From contig OY970322.1 of NCBI GenBank assembly GCA_963716945.1, positions 750,001 to 782,000 on the forward strand: a DNA stretch of 32,000 nucleotides. Direction: 5' to 3'. The stretch comes from Candidatus Saccharimonadota bacterium. Lineage in GTDB: Bacteria > Patescibacteriota > Saccharimonadia > Saccharimonadales > UBA4665. This document shows positions 25,182 to 32,000 of the stretch, piece by piece. A program made the position numbers and the translations under genes. The stretch's first letter is position 1, and the number at the start of each line of letters is the position of its first letter. Below the pieces are notes generated by a model, which saw only the letters and a list, made by a program, of their open reading frames with translations, did no database searches and was not told the origin of the DNA.

Positions 25182-25724
25182 TTAACCGAACTCGGTCGAG
25201 CGGCGTATCGTTTCAAAGTAATTGTTATCTAGATGAATGTTAACATTGCTGCTGGCGAAGTGGGCAAAGGCGCGGTTGGCATCGGCCATCTTGTGAACGT
25301 CTTCACGCTTCTTAACGGCTGCGCCTTGATTGTTGTATGCGTCGACCAGCTCGGCCGCGATGCGGTCTTGCATGCTCATGCCTTTGCGGGCCCGGCAAGC
25401 GGCCACAAACCACATAGTGGTCAGGTGCTGCTGGCGTTGGCCTTTGACTTCGAAAGGAATCTGGTAGTTGGCCCCGCCGACGCGCCGGCTGCGGGTTTCC
25501 ATGTGCGGCTGGACGTTCTTATAAGCCTGTTCGAAAACGTCTAGAGGATTGTCGACTTTGAGCTTTTGGGCGGCTTTTTCCATACCGCCGTAAACCAGGC
25601 GTTCGGCGACTTGCTTCTTGCCGTTGAGCATGACACGGTTAATCAGGCGCTGGATTTGGACGCTGTTGTACATGCGGTCGGCCGGAATGTCACGGACTAG
25701 CGAGGCGGTTTTTTTGCGCGGCAT
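25182..25724 (-). CDS. rpsG: 30S ribosomal protein S7 (start MPRKKT at 25724); atypical AT-rich 3' tail
   Basis: ORF ...[37 protein letters not shown]...KMADANRAFAHF followed by about 25 extra residues. TAATG junction with rpsL. Confidence 0.93.
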   Translation of the reverse strand: MPRKKTASLVRDIPADRMYNSVQIQRLINRVMLNGKKQVAERLVYGGMEKAAQKLKVDNPLDVFEQAYKNVQPHMETRSRRVGGANYQIPFEVKGQRQQHLTTMWFVAACRARKGMSMQDRIAAELVDAYNNQGAAVKKREDVHKMADANRAFAHFASSNVNIHLDNNYFETIRRSTEFG

Positions 25725-26137
25725 TATTTGCCGCCTTTCTTGGTGCCGTACTTGCAACGGCCTTGTTTGCGGTCATTGACGCCTTGGAGGTCGAGCGAGC
25801 CGCGGACAATGTGATAGCGCACGCCCGGAAGGTCTTTGACGCGGCCGCCGCGGACCAGGACGACGGCGTGTTCCTGCAGGTTGTGGCCTTCGCCGCCGAT
25901 GTAGGCCCAGACTTCGTAGCCATTGCTGAGACGGACACGGGCAACTTTGCGCAAGGCGGAGTTCGGCTTCTTAGGTGTTTTGGTGGTGACTTTGACACAG
26001 ACGCCGCGCTTGAAAGGCGCTGGCTTCTCGTAGTTGCGGGTCTTGAGGTTGTTGGTGACGCGCTGCATGGCCGGCGACTTGCTCTTGCTGGTCACTTTGG
26101 TGCGGGGTTTGCGCACTAACTGGTTAATTGTTGGCAT
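25724..26137 (-). CDS. rpsL: 30S ribosomal protein S12 (start MPTINQL at 26137)
   Basis: ORF ...[12 protein letters not shown]...[23 protein letters not shown]...[21 protein letters not shown]... GAAGGAGAA RBS upstream of 26137. Confidence 0.96.
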   Translation of the reverse strand: MPTINQLVRKPRTKVTSKSKSPAMQRVTNNLKTRNYEKPAPFKRGVCVKVTTKTPKKPNSALRKVARVRLSNGYEVWAYIGGEGHNLQEHAVVLVRGGRVKDLPGVRYHIVRGSLDLQGVNDRKQGRCKYGTKKGGK

Positions 26138-26239
26138 TGGTTCTCCTTCGTGGATGCGATCTGCTGCTGCGGGGAGCATGCCAACTTCCCTGGCTCGGAT
26201 CGCTTAAATTGACTTAACTTGGGCTTAATTGTAACAGAA

Positions 26240-32000
<5,761 letters not shown>

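Noticed and set aside
25724-26179. Upstream-extended starts in the ORF track (rpsL at 26179, rpsG at 25757, HD gene at 20680, 94-aa ORF at 22337, rpoC fragment at 30166)
   Set aside because: The canonical N-termini (MPTINQL, MPRKKT, MTPQRY) begin at internal ATGs with proper RBS or coupling. The extensions for the HD and 94-aa genes start at TTG codons that lie inside their own predicted promoters.
26138-26239. Structured leader upstream of rpsL (GCGATC...GATCGC enclosing GGGA/TCCC) as a regulatory RNA
   Set aside because: Only short (4-6 bp) helices, no convincing promoter or known S12/S7 operator similarity, and I cannot test significance without folding controls. Left as unexplained spacer.

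Overview
Every gene I can support lies on the minus strand. The window is the conserved transcription/translation core: rpoB (partial)-rpoC-rpsL-rpsG-fusA-[2 orphans]-tuf-[HD hydrolase]-rpsJ-[orphan]-rplC...rplO-secY-infA-rpmJ-rpsM-rpsK-rpsD-rpoA-rplQ-rplM-rpsI. It is followed by an aromatic amino-acid block: DAHP synthase, a trpR-like gene, trpC, trpB and partial trpA. The DNA looks moderately GC-rich by eye (roughly 55-60%, not computed), and intergenic spacers are AT-rich. I found no tRNA, rRNA, CRISPR array or IS/transposase. rpmD (L30), adk and map are missing from their usual positions. Together with the protein sequences this loosely suggests an uncultured, possibly Patescibacteria/CPR-like lineage (low confidence). 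The best candidate for something new is upstream of DAHP synthase. A near-consensus promoter drives an apparently leaderless 25-codon ORF with consecutive Tyr-Trp-Phe codons, followed by mutually exclusive antiterminator and terminator helices, which looks like a ribosome-mediated aromatic attenuator. Other notable points: a TrpR-type CTAG-N4-CTAG operator overlaps a leaderless promoter of a trpR-trpCBA operon. Four lineage-specific genes with their own promoters are intercalated into the fusA-tuf-rpsJ-rplC backbone. Zinc-ligand cysteines are lost from both beta-prime Zn sites and from L36. About 25-27 single-base frameshifts interrupt essential genes (rpoB, rpoC, fusA, rpoA, rpsD, rpsM, rpsE), and I read these as assembly indels, several of them in short homopolymer runs, not biology. 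All plus-strand ORFs in the track look like antisense shadows.
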